From a virus (Duplodnaviria; Caudoviricetes), in IMG/VR virus record IMGVR_UViG_3300020045_011859, positions 1-36,592 of that record: DNA of 36,592 nt. One strand, 5' to 3'. The number at the start of each line of letters is the position of its first letter. The stretch's first letter is position 1. Positions 19,556 through 26,755 of the stretch are shown piece after piece. The notes beneath the pieces were generated by a model. That model did not search any database, was not told the origin of the DNA, and was given only the letters and a program-made list of their open reading frames with translations. A program made the translations under genes and the position numbers.

Positions 19556-19960
19556 TTAATGGTTAAATCGATATTCATACCATGCTTTACTCTGCTCTTG
19601 GTTCATTTGTTCGGGAGAATTTGTGTCAAGATATTCTTGTGGTCCGAAAACGGCTAATTCGGAAGATAGAAAGTCCGATGATGTGATGATTTTTGCGATA
19701 CCACCGTCAAGAGTTGGAATTTCGATTCTATGTAAAAAAAGATTTCTGTCATAATACCAGTCTGATTTTATATAACGTTCCTCTGCGTCTGTCATTTCAA
19801 TTTCATAAAGGTACTTGGCAATAGCACTATAGGCTGTAACACGAACAGGAGCTTTGTCCCAATCACCAATATCGCACAAAACCATATCCATCATCCCACA
19901 ACCATTATCATTAAAACTGAATTGAGATATTGTTCCTTGATACTTATAAAGTTGCGCCAT
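19556..19960 (-). CDS. Hypothetical protein (moron)
   Basis: GGAGG RBS before ATG 19960. Acidic globular protein. Confidence 0.7.
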   Translation of the reverse strand: MAQLYKYQGTISQFSFNDNGCGMMDMVLCDIGDWDKAPVRVTAYSAIAKYLYEIEMTDAEERYIKSDWYYDRNLFLHRIEIPTLDGGIAKIITSSDFLSSELAVFGPQEYLDTNSPEQMNQEQSKAWYEYRFNH

Positions 19961-20020
19961 CTTAAAATCCTCCATCACCCGCCATCTATTGACTGTCGGT
20001 GTCTATGTTTTAATTATAAT

Positions 20021-20100
20021 ATATGTACCCATATATAAATATAGGCATTATCAACAAATATATGTACCCATATTTGTACAGTTTGTATATGTACCCATAT
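20021..20100. repeat. Three copies of ATATGTACCCATAT (operator-like)
   Basis: Exact 14-mers at 20021, 20060 and 20087 with ATATG/CATAT dyad, in a divergent intergenic region. Confidence 0.85.
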
Positions 20101-20134
20101 AAAATTTAATGATATGCTGTAATAGGGTGAAAAA

Positions 20135-20311
20135 ATGGCAAGCAAGGCTCAATTAAAGGCTAGTGAGAAATACATCAAAGAAAAAACAGATGAGATAAAA
20201 ATTAGAGTACCGAAGGGGCAAAAAGAACCGCTTATAATCCATGCGGAAAAAATGGGCAAAAGCCTGAATGCATATATCAATGATCTGATTGCAAAAGATT
20301 TGGAGACATAA
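20135..20311 (+). CDS. 58-aa Arc-like ribbon-helix-helix regulator (absent from ORF track)
   Basis: MASKAQLKASEKYIKEKTDEIKIRVPKGQKE..IHAEKMGKSLNAYINDLI. AGGGTG RBS. Confidence 0.85.
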   Translation: MASKAQLKASEKYIKEKTDEIKIRVPKGQKEPLIIHAEKMGKSLNAYINDLIAKDLET

Positions 20312-20374
20312 AAATACCCCGGTCATACCAGGGTATATATGATATACCATTATTGTCTGTTCCATCAAGCAAAG

Positions 20375-20752
20375 TCACGTTACAACGTACTGTGTCAATA
20401 TATTACTGATATTTTTGAGCAGTTCTGTTATCTGAGGACCTTTCATGACGGTAAACTCACAATATATACCGCCACTCAAATAGAGCTTTATCTCGGCATC
20501 GAAATCAAGCGTCCCTGCGGTTTCAATAGCATACATGACAATGCTTTTATAAGGGATTGTGGTATATTGAATTTTTGATCCGGTAAGCCCTTGCTTGTCG
20601 GCGATCAACACTCTCTTATCTGTAAACACGGCAGCATCCCTAAACGTCTTTAAGGTTAGGATTTCTTTCTCGCCTGGAAGGAGTTTGTTTTTAAGGTTGT
20701 CGGGAGTTTCGATTGTTTTATAAAAATGAAAAATAAGGGGTGAAATTGCCAT
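20375..20752 (-). CDS. Bacterial PH-domain protein (bPH_1-like)
   Basis: LLPGE, RDAAVFTDKRVLIADKQGLTGSK, IPYKSI, ETAGTLDFDAEI. AAAGGAG RBS. Confidence 0.85.
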   Translation of the reverse strand: MAISPLIFHFYKTIETPDNLKNKLLPGEKEILTLKTFRDAAVFTDKRVLIADKQGLTGSKIQYTTIPYKSIVMYAIETAGTLDFDAEIKLYLSGGIYCEFTVMKGPQITELLKNISNILTQYVVT

Positions 20753-20814
20753 TATAATCTCCTTTGTTATTATATTATGTTTTATGCAATTATGATCATA
20801 TAATTTTTGACATG

Positions 20815-21033
20815 TCAAAGTTTGTCTTTTGGAATATATTCAATTAGATCAGCCGCAGTGCAACCCAAAGCATCACATATTTTTTCAATATGTTCGAATT
20901 TTATAGATGTTGCCATCTCATGATACAAACCGTTGATCGTTGCAGTTCTGATGCCGGTCATTTGTGATAGTTCTGTTTGATTAATCCTTAATCGGCCTAA
21001 TATCTCCGATAGATGTAATTTCACTGCTCTCAT
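20815..21033 (-). CDS. Cro/C1-type HTH regulator (HTH_26/YozG-like)
   Basis: NQTELSQMTGIRTATINGLY...EKICDALGC..DLIEY. GGAGG RBS. Confidence 0.88.
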   Translation of the reverse strand: MRAVKLHLSEILGRLRINQTELSQMTGIRTATINGLYHEMATSIKFEHIEKICDALGCTAADLIEYIPKDKL

Positions 21034-21089
21034 GCTATAATCGCCTCCAGCATAACATTATCAAAATTCGAGATTATTGGTCTCTAATG

Positions 21090-21124
21090 CGTAATAATAA
21101 AACGAATAACGTAATAATAATACG
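21090..21124. promoter_or_regulatory. Tandem operator-like repeat CGTAATAATAA(A/T)ACG x2
   Basis: Copies at 21090 and 21110 (20-bp period) between the divergent HTH and REC-HTH genes. Confidence 0.6.
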
Positions 21125-21178
21125 GTAAACGATTTAACGTGAGATATATGGGTATACATAATACCGGAGGGATTACAT

Positions 21179-21796
21179 ATGAAAATCGAAGAGAACAACG
21201 GAAAAATTATATGTTGTGATGACAGCATTGCAACAACAAAAGTTATTAAGGCACTGTTAAAGAATCGAGGATTCATTGTCAAAACAGTCAATAATGGACT
21301 TGAATGTATAAAATTAATCAAAAGAAACGATTACGATTTGCTGATACTCGACTATATTATGCCTGAAATGAACGGTGATGAGGTTCTTCGAGGAATAAGA
21401 AAATTCTCTAATATTTATACGATCATGTTAACGAGCAACTCTGATATAGTACCGCTTGTGGAAACGATAAAAGGTCTTGATATACAGGGGTATGTAGAAA
21501 AATCAGATGATTTGTCCCGAATGATACTCCAAGTAGAAACAGTTTTCAAAGTACAACAGTACATGAGGGAAATTTTCTTTACTCAAAACTTCGGTGAAAT
21601 TCTAAAAATGTTACGTCTACATTTCAGATACTCGCAAAGCTATGTTGCAGAAAGGATTGACGTTCACCGGGGAACCATCATCGATTTTGAGAAGGGACGA
21701 TCATTCCCAAGTCATTCAATAATGCTGAAAATAGCTGGATTGTTTAACGCTGATATGAACTTTTTATATGGTAAATTACTGCACAATTCCCTATGA
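21179..21796 (+). CDS. Orphan response regulator: receiver domain fused to XRE HTH
   Basis: D14/D15, phospho-acceptor D58 (LILDYIMPEMNG), T85 and K108 are all present. C-terminal LKMLR..SQSYVAERIDVHRGTIIDFEKGRSFP. Confidence 0.9.
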   Translation: MKIEENNGKIICCDDSIATTKVIKALLKNRGFIVKTVNNGLECIKLIKRNDYDLLILDYIMPEMNGDEVLRGIRKFSNIYTIMLTSNSDIVPLVETIKGLDIQGYVEKSDDLSRMILQVETVFKVQQYMREIFFTQNFGEILKMLRLHFRYSQSYVAERIDVHRGTIIDFEKGRSFPSHSIMLKIAGLFNADMNFLYGKLLHNSL

Positions 21797-21827
21797 CCAT
21801 GTCGGCGAAAACCGACATAGATCCATC

Positions 21828-21856
21828 TTTACATATAATTCGACACCATTTATAAT
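21828..21856 (+). promoter_or_regulatory. Sigma-A-type promoter with a Spo0A-box match in the spacer
   Basis: TTTACA-17-TATAAT. TTCGACA (reverse complement of TGTCGAA) at 21839-21845. Dyad ATGTCGG-N6-CCGACAT at 21799-21818. Confidence 0.6.
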
Positions 21857-21975
21857 GATTTACAGAGATAGGAAGTAGTTGACGCGGTTTTTAATATTAA
21901 GGGGGTAGTACAGTAGTACACTGAGATAACCTTCTTCAATTTCTGTGGAGGTGATATGTGGCATGCCGAAAATAG

Positions 21976-22008
21976 AAAAGCAACCATTTGGCCATGGCTG
22001 CTTTTTTT
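21976..22008 (+). terminator. Intrinsic terminator, possibly bidirectional
   Basis: AAAAGCAACCAT-loop-ATGGCTGC followed by T7. Confidence 0.65.
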
Positions 22009-22185
22009 GGGGCGTTATGTTACAACTGAAGTTAGCTAAGAAGCAAATTTTATTTTCTTGTACATTCGTCATTATAGTAACATAGCAACTCTTAGCATGC
22101 AATAATTTATAGTCAATAATCCGAATGATATGGTTTAAAAAGCACAAAAAGACAATTGAAATACTTTTCTATTAAAGGAGTATTT

Positions 22186-22386
22186 ATGTTTGCATGTGAA
22201 GAACTGAATAAGGATATCCGAATTGCTATATCTGAATTAATAACAATATTGAGTAAAGATTATTTAAAAGATAAATATTATATTGATCTTGTGTGCAAAA
22301 TTATTGAGCAAAAAAGCCAATCAAAAAATCTTATTGCTGTAGTTAAGGCAATTATTGATTGTGACAAAATTGTGACAACAATATAA
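22186..22386 (+). CDS. Small hypothetical protein next to attP
   Basis: AAAGGAG RBS, 66 aa, helical. Confidence 0.5.
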   Translation: MFACEELNKDIRIAISELITILSKDYLKDKYYIDLVCKIIEQKSQSKNLIAVVKAIIDCDKIVTTI

Positions 22387-22493
22387 AAATCAAGGCCTGC
22401 AATGGAGCCTGTTTGAGATTAACGACGCCATTGCAGGCCTTGATATAACTACAACACAGTTAGATTTCGAAAGATTCGGAACATTTCGATTTG

Positions 22494-22554
22494 CGACTGG
22501 AAATCGTGTGAACTGTTAAAGGTTCCGAGAGTTCGAATCTCTCTCTCTCCGCCA
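22494..22554 (+). tRNA. 3' fragment of tRNA-Ser(GGA), the att core; not a complete tRNA
   Basis: CGA-CTGGAAA-TCGTG anticodon arm, long variable arm, GTTCGAATC T-loop, ends CTCCGCCA. D-arm and 5' acceptor strand are absent. Confidence 0.9.
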
Positions 22555-22557
22555 GTG

Positions 22558-22596
22558 AAATAGCGGGTCGTACGGGTAACGTATGGCCCGCTATTT
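22558..22596. terminator. Hairpin terminator between the tRNA fragment and the integrase stop
   Basis: AAATAGCGGGTCGTACG-GGTAA-CGTATGGCCCGCTATTT. Confidence 0.75.
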
Positions 22597-23760
22597 TGCT
22601 TCTTTTTCGGTTTCAATTGTGACATTATTGTGACTAGCATCATTTTTGTGAAAAACAGCCATGTCCAGAACGTTGCTGGCCTTCTTTATCATTACAATAT
22701 TTTCCTGTAAATATAAGTCTGAGGTAACTGCAATTTTACTATGTCCGAGTAGTCGTCTTAGTGTATCAAGATCTGTTCCATGCTCAAGCTGTAGAACAGC
22801 GAAGGTATGCCGGAGGTCATGAAACCGACATAAAGGGAATGCGTTGGCCCGTTGAAAATTGTTCAATGCTCTTGATATGTGAGAAGGTTCGGGTAACTTT
22901 CCTGATGCATCACCCATGATATAAGTCTGAATAATGCCTTCTTTATTTTTCTTTTCCTTATATGCTTTCAATTCATCGGCTATATATCCAGAAATATCGG
23001 CTTTACGGTCAGATTCTTTTGTTTTTACCTTCCTGTGGTATCCAACTTTATCAACAACAACATAATTATTTTTGATATGAGCTATACCAAGATCAAAATC
23101 AATATCAGCCCAGCTCAGTCCAAGACATTCTCCGCGCCTTAATCCACGCATAGATGCCAAAAGGACCATTGGGTATAAGAAACTATCCATCCTTCGAAGC
23201 AGTTCAAGCATTTCTCGTAATGTGTCAATATCATATACTGTGGCCTTGAAATTTTCAGCATCTTCCATAATTTCTATTCCATTGCTTACGTTTTTTGTGA
23301 CATACTCAGATTTCACAGCATATTCGAGTGCTGCATGTAAGGTCCGGTGAACATATTTCACAGTTCGATATTTCATTGGTTTGCGTTTTTTCTTTTTATC
23401 ACCATTGGACAGTTCATCGATCATCTCTTGGATATCCATAAGTTTCAAATCATGTAGGTATGTGTTCCCAAGAACTTCATTGATATGCTTAATATTTACT
23501 GTGTATCCTCTGTAGGTCGTGGGGGAAAGTTTATTTTTTTTAGTGTTCATCCACCTGGTAAAAAAATCACGTAAAGTCATCTTGTCTGATCCGAGTAAAA
23601 GGCCTTCAAGCTCTCTCTTAGTATTTACACACCATGCCTCTGCATCTCCCTTCTTTATAAAACCCTGCTTGTACTTGCTACATTTAGTACGGTTCTTATA
23701 ATACCAAAACCGAGCGGAAAACAGTGTCTTTTTTCCTTCTTTGTACTCTCTGACATCCAT
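22591..23760 (-). CDS. int: Tyrosine integrase with arm-binding and SAM-like domains
   Basis: GLRRGE, KVKT, FHDLRH, LGH, DLY catalytic motifs. Adjacent to att. Confidence 0.95.
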   Translation of the reverse strand: MDVREYKEGKKTLFSARFWYYKNRTKCSKYKQGFIKKGDAEAWCVNTKRELEGLLLGSDKMTLRDFFTRWMNTKKNKLSPTTYRGYTVNIKHINEVLGNTYLHDLKLMDIQEMIDELSNGDKKKKRKPMKYRTVKYVHRTLHAALEYAVKSEYVTKNVSNGIEIMEDAENFKATVYDIDTLREMLELLRRMDSFLYPMVLLASMRGLRRGECLGLSWADIDFDLGIAHIKNNYVVVDKVGYHRKVKTKESDRKADISGYIADELKAYKEKKNKEGIIQTYIMGDASGKLPEPSHISRALNNFQRANAFPLCRFHDLRHTFAVLQLEHGTDLDTLRRLLGHSKIAVTSDLYLQENIVMIKKASNVLDMAVFHKNDASHNNVTIETEKEAK

Positions 23761-23764
23761 AAAA

Positions 23765-24115
23765 TCATCCTTTCAGTCTTTTAATAAGGTCTAAGACAAT
23801 ATTCATATCACCATCCTTCAGCTCATTTAATGAGGGAATAACGTTTTGTATTTTTTCATTATTCATAATTATATTAACCAGAGTATTAGCATCCGCCTCA
23901 GCGATCCTTTTAATATTCCTTTCAAATATTAAATTTGAATCTATATCTAAAGTTTTTATTAAAAGATCAAGTTTATCCATATCAGGTCTATTCTTATCAA
24001 GCTCCCAATCGCTGATAGAGTTATGTTTAGCATTTATTAATTTTGCCAATTGCTTTTGAGTTAGTTTCTTATTGTTTCTGGCATCTCGCAATATTGAACC
24101 TATTTTTTTATCCAT
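23765..24115 (-). CDS. CI-like XRE repressor (116 aa, no S24 peptidase domain)
   Basis: LRDARNNKKLTQKQLAKLINAKHNSISDWELDKNRP. Divergent from the cro-like gene. Confidence 0.88.
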   Translation of the reverse strand: MDKKIGSILRDARNNKKLTQKQLAKLINAKHNSISDWELDKNRPDMDKLDLLIKTLDIDSNLIFERNIKRIAEADANTLVNIIMNNEKIQNVIPSLNELKDGDMNIVLDLIKRLKG

Positions 24116-24145
24116 CACAATCCTCATTCCTATCAATCTGGTCTT

Positions 24146-24300
24146 ATTATATATCGGCATTTCGATTTTGTAAATAAATAATTTCGATGTATTCGAAATA
24201 TTACATTGACATTTCGAAAACGGTAATATATGATTATCATGTTCGAATATATCGAAATACAGAGAACTAATTCCGAATATGACGAAATATACGGAAGAAA
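24146..24300. promoter_or_regulatory. Lysis-lysogeny switch: divergent promoters and operators
   Basis: Minus strand TTTACA-17-TATAAT (24174-24146). Plus strand TTGACA-17-TATGAT (24206-24234). TTCGA-N5-TCGAA dyads near 24182 and 24242. Confidence 0.8.
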
Positions 24301-24315
24301 CGAGAGGGATCACAT

Positions 24316-24525
24316 ATGGTAGGTCAGAGAATTAGAGAATATCTTAAACGTAATGGGATATCGCAAACAGAGCTATCTTTATCAGCCAAAATAAGCCTTC
24401 CCAAACTTAATTTAATGTTAACGGGAAAGAGAAAAATGCAAATTGATGAATATGAAACAATTTGCACTGCTCTCGGTTTGCCGGTTGATACCTTCTTGTC
24501 CCCAAAGTGTGTGAAAACAGCATGA
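24316..24525 (+). CDS. Cro-like HTH regulator
   Basis: IREYLKRNGISQTELS...LTGKRKMQIDEYETICTALG. Confidence 0.88.
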   Translation: MVGQRIREYLKRNGISQTELSLSAKISLPKLNLMLTGKRKMQIDEYETICTALGLPVDTFLSPKCVKTA

Positions 24526-24710
24526 GTACCATGCTAAAGACATTCCTGAAAGTTAAACCTGCAGCTGAGTATTTCAGTGTAGGGAGGGATGCTATTTATA
24601 AAGCTATTCACAATGGGGAGTTGAAGGCTTACAAACCGAACTGTAGGGACTTCTTGGTCAAAGTGTCAGAAGTCCAAGAATGGATAGAATCGAAGGCTTA
24701 TCATGATTAA
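24522..24710 (+). CDS. xis: Excisionase (HTH_17)
   Basis: LKVKPAAEYFSVGRDAIYKAIHNGELKA. ATGA overlap with cro. Confidence 0.85.
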   Translation: MSTMLKTFLKVKPAAEYFSVGRDAIYKAIHNGELKAYKPNCRDFLVKVSEVQEWIESKAYHD

Positions 24711-24751
24711 TTTTAATGATCCGGAGCGGATCGGAAAGGAGTTACTGAAGC

Positions 24752-24952
24752 ATGATTGGTGAAACAAAAATGTATACCGTTGAGCTAACAGAAGATGAGC
24801 TATTTGAAATCTCACAAGCCCTAATATCACATGAATTTTGCCTTGTTCGGCAGCTGAATGAAACTGAGAACAAAAGGCACACGAAACGAAAATTGGATCT
24901 GATACATAAGTTGGCACCAAGGATTGATGAAATAGGTGGGTGGGCTGGATGA
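24752..24952 (+). CDS. Hypothetical early protein
   Basis: AAAGGAG RBS. Confidence 0.65.
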   Translation: MIGETKMYTVELTEDELFEISQALISHEFCLVRQLNETENKRHTKRKLDLIHKLAPRIDEIGGWAG

Positions 24953-25149
24953 AAAAAGACAGTATGAAAAGATTATGGACAAGCCAGTGTGGTGAGTTTT
25001 GGGTGGAGGAGAAAGGAGCGGGTTGGTTCAAGGTCAGGTTCGGACATGTAACATTTGAAACGAATTATCCTGATTGCAAAGAAGCCATTCTGGCCACACA
25101 AAAAGCGTATAAGGAAGAGAAAATAAAGCTCCAGAGGGCGTTGAGATAG
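24949..25149 (+). CDS. Hypothetical early protein
   Basis: ATGA overlap with the previous gene. Confidence 0.6.
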   Translation: MKKDSMKRLWTSQCGEFWVEEKGAGWFKVRFGHVTFETNYPDCKEAILATQKAYKEEKIKLQRALR

Positions 25150-25196
25150 AAAAAACATTATCACAGGCCGGAGCGAGATCCGGCAGAGGAGAAGAA

Positions 25197-25539
25197 ATGT
25201 CTAAGCTAGATAGCCGCTTCACGCAGAAGCCCCATACAAAATTCAAGATTTATTCTTTCATTCCGCAGAGAGAGTTGGCGGAAATGTTAAGAGTGCGAGT
25301 AAGTTTTAACATGTTCTTATGTCGAGGTTCAAATGTTCCTTGAAGCCAGCGTTTTACTGTCATGTGAGATACGTTGACCTGACATGACAGAGATTCAGTA
25401 TCCATACCGCGATTCTCCATAGCGTGTCTTAGGCGCTCAGAGAAGACGGACGGAAAGAAAAAGAAAAAGAAAAAAAAGAAGGTAATCACCCCCTTTCCAA
25501 TGGGGGCATGAGCGTGGAGTGGCTATCTAGCTTAGACAT
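25197..25539. repeat. 28-bp inverted repeats flanking an antisense HTH gene
   Basis: ATGTCTAAGCTAGATAGCCGCTTCACGC (25197-25224) versus the reverse complement of 25512-25539: 26/28 identical. Confidence 0.9.
25250..25489 (-). CDS. XRE HTH protein with N-terminal Phe9 run
   Basis: VFSERLRHAMENRGM..SLS..VNVSHMTVKRWLQGTFEP is an XRE HTH. Start codon uncertain (GTG 25489). Extended -10 (TGnTATAAT) on the minus strand at 25552-25544. Confidence 0.75.
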   Translation of the reverse strand: MITFFFFFFFFFPSVFSERLRHAMENRGMDTESLSCQVNVSHMTVKRWLQGTFEPRHKNMLKLTRTLNISANSLCGMKE

Positions 25540-25602
25540 GACAATTATAACATACAGAAACGGATGAACTTGAAGTTAAAAGATGAAAAGGAGATTGCTT
25601 AT

Positions 25603-25968
25603 ATGAAACGTACGAATTTTTTATGTTTGGTCTTTATTGTCGTATTGATTCTAATTTTTGGACTCACAATCACAAAAACTATAAATCCGCTTTTGTCTAT
25701 AGCAATGAACATAGCAGACATTGCCTGGCTAGGTTGGTTTACCAGAGGAGATGAGAAATATCTAAATCAGATGGACAAGCTATGGGAATCCAGAGCAGCT
25801 TGCCGACTGAGGAGGAGAGAACAGAGAAGGGATGTACGGATTAAAAAGAAGATTGGTAAGCTGCAGAGGCGTGAACAAAAACTGATGGAAACTATCAATG
25901 ATGAGATTAAGCAAGCGGCTTACATGCGAAACAGGAAGAATCAAACCTGGTTGAATGTCGGTAAATAA
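25603..25968 (+). CDS. Membrane protein (2 TM helices and a basic coiled coil)
   Basis: AAAGGAG RBS and hydrophobic N-terminal helices. Confidence 0.65.
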   Translation: MKRTNFLCLVFIVVLILIFGLTITKTINPLLSIAMNIADIAWLGWFTRGDEKYLNQMDKLWESRAACRLRRREQRRDVRIKKKIGKLQRREQKLMETINDEIKQAAYMRNRKNQTWLNVGK

Positions 25969-26001
25969 AAAACTAAATACATTGGAATACAGGAGAGAAG
26001 T

Positions 26002-26199
26002 ATGAAACACGGTAAACGGCCTACTTTGGTACAAAAAGAACTGATGACCTATTATCACCTGGACCCAAAAGATTGGCTAGTAGTGAAGACAATGAATGAT
26101 GGCATTCTGATCAATTATCGTTATGAAAGCAAGAATAAGGTGAGGTGGCTACCATGCTGCAAAAGAGCAATGTCACGTGCTGGAACTGCGTCAGGATGA
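26002..26199 (+). CDS. Small phage protein (DUF6906-like)
   Basis: MKHGKRPT..QK...LDPKDWLVVK pattern. AGGAG RBS. Confidence 0.7.
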   Translation: MKHGKRPTLVQKELMTYYHLDPKDWLVVKTMNDGILINYRYESKNKVRWLPCCKRAMSRAGTASG

Positions 26200-26375
26200 A
26201 ATTCTGTTTTGAACGCAGAGGAATCTGCAAAAGCTTCATCATGAAAAATGGAAGACCTTATGATTCGAGAGATCTTCCGGATCTGGTATATGAATATTAT
26301 CAACCGGATCAAGAAGCCAAAGTAAATCAATTATCCGAAAGTTAAGAAGAAAACAAGTGTTTGGAGGTATGTCAG

Positions 26376-26714
26376 ATGCTTAGTATCAGAGATGAAATGT
26401 TACATAGAGTCATTGTTGATTTTGACATGATGCTCAATGCCACACTCGAACGTATGAAAGAACATGGTGAGGAAAAAGGGGAGGTAACCCTGAAACTGAC
26501 CATTGAAATGAAAAAAGACAGAATTGAGATTGAAGACAAGGTTGTGGTGGTTGATGAACCACACATATCCCACAAGGTGAAAAGTAAGTGGAGCGGAGGC
26601 CGGGACTTTGAGGGAGCTGTTACTGAACAGATGTACATCATCGGAAAAGAGAAAGAAGATTACCAATTAATTAAGAAAAAAGATGTCCAAATGAGCATGT
26701 TTGATGACGATTGA
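26376..26714 (+). CDS. Hypothetical phage protein
   Basis: GGAGG RBS. C-terminal QMSMFDDD resembles a beta-clamp binding motif (QxxLF). Confidence 0.7.
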   Translation: MLSIRDEMLHRVIVDFDMMLNATLERMKEHGEEKGEVTLKLTIEMKKDRIEIEDKVVVVDEPHISHKVKSKWSGGRDFEGAVTEQMYIIGKEKEDYQLIKKKDVQMSMFDDD

Positions 26715-26717
26715 TAA

Positions 26718-26737
26718 TCCCAAACGTTTGGGAATTT
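26718..26737. repeat. Palindrome TCCCAAACGTTTGGGA, copy 1
   Basis: Perfect 16-bp dyad at 26718-26733. Shares 17 identical bp with 35658-35674. Confidence 0.85.
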
Positions 26738-26755
26738 GATGAAAGGTAGGTACTT

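Larger units (their letters stand above)
22358..22635. other. attP region with arm-type integrase sites
   Basis: Tandem ATTGTGAC pairs (11-bp period) at 22358/22369 and 22616/22627 flank the tRNA-derived core. 17-bp inverted repeat at 22389-22405/22428-22444. Confidence 0.8.

Noticed and set aside
20021-20100. Mini CRISPR array
   Set aside because: Repeats are 14 bp with uneven 25- and 13-bp gaps and no cas genes; operators fit better.
20153-20578. ORFs 20153-20368 (-) and 20339-20578 (+)
   Set aside because: Antisense to the RHH and PH genes, which have clear family motifs.
22494-22554. Functional phage tRNA gene
   Set aside because: The 5' half is missing; it is the att core.
22449-22643. 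64-aa minus-strand ORF (GGEREIRTLGT)
   Set aside because: It is the antisense reading of the tRNA fragment and att site.
24116-24313. N-terminal extension of the repressor (182-aa ORF)
   Set aside because: It spans the promoter/operator region; the RBS and HTH place the start near 24115.
25197-25539. Insertion sequence or MITE
   Set aside because: No transposase and no evident target-site duplication; the cargo is an HTH gene.
26145-26345. 66-aa Cys-containing ORF
   Set aside because: Could be real but overlaps the previous gene by 55 nt and has no recognised family, so it is not listed as a feature.
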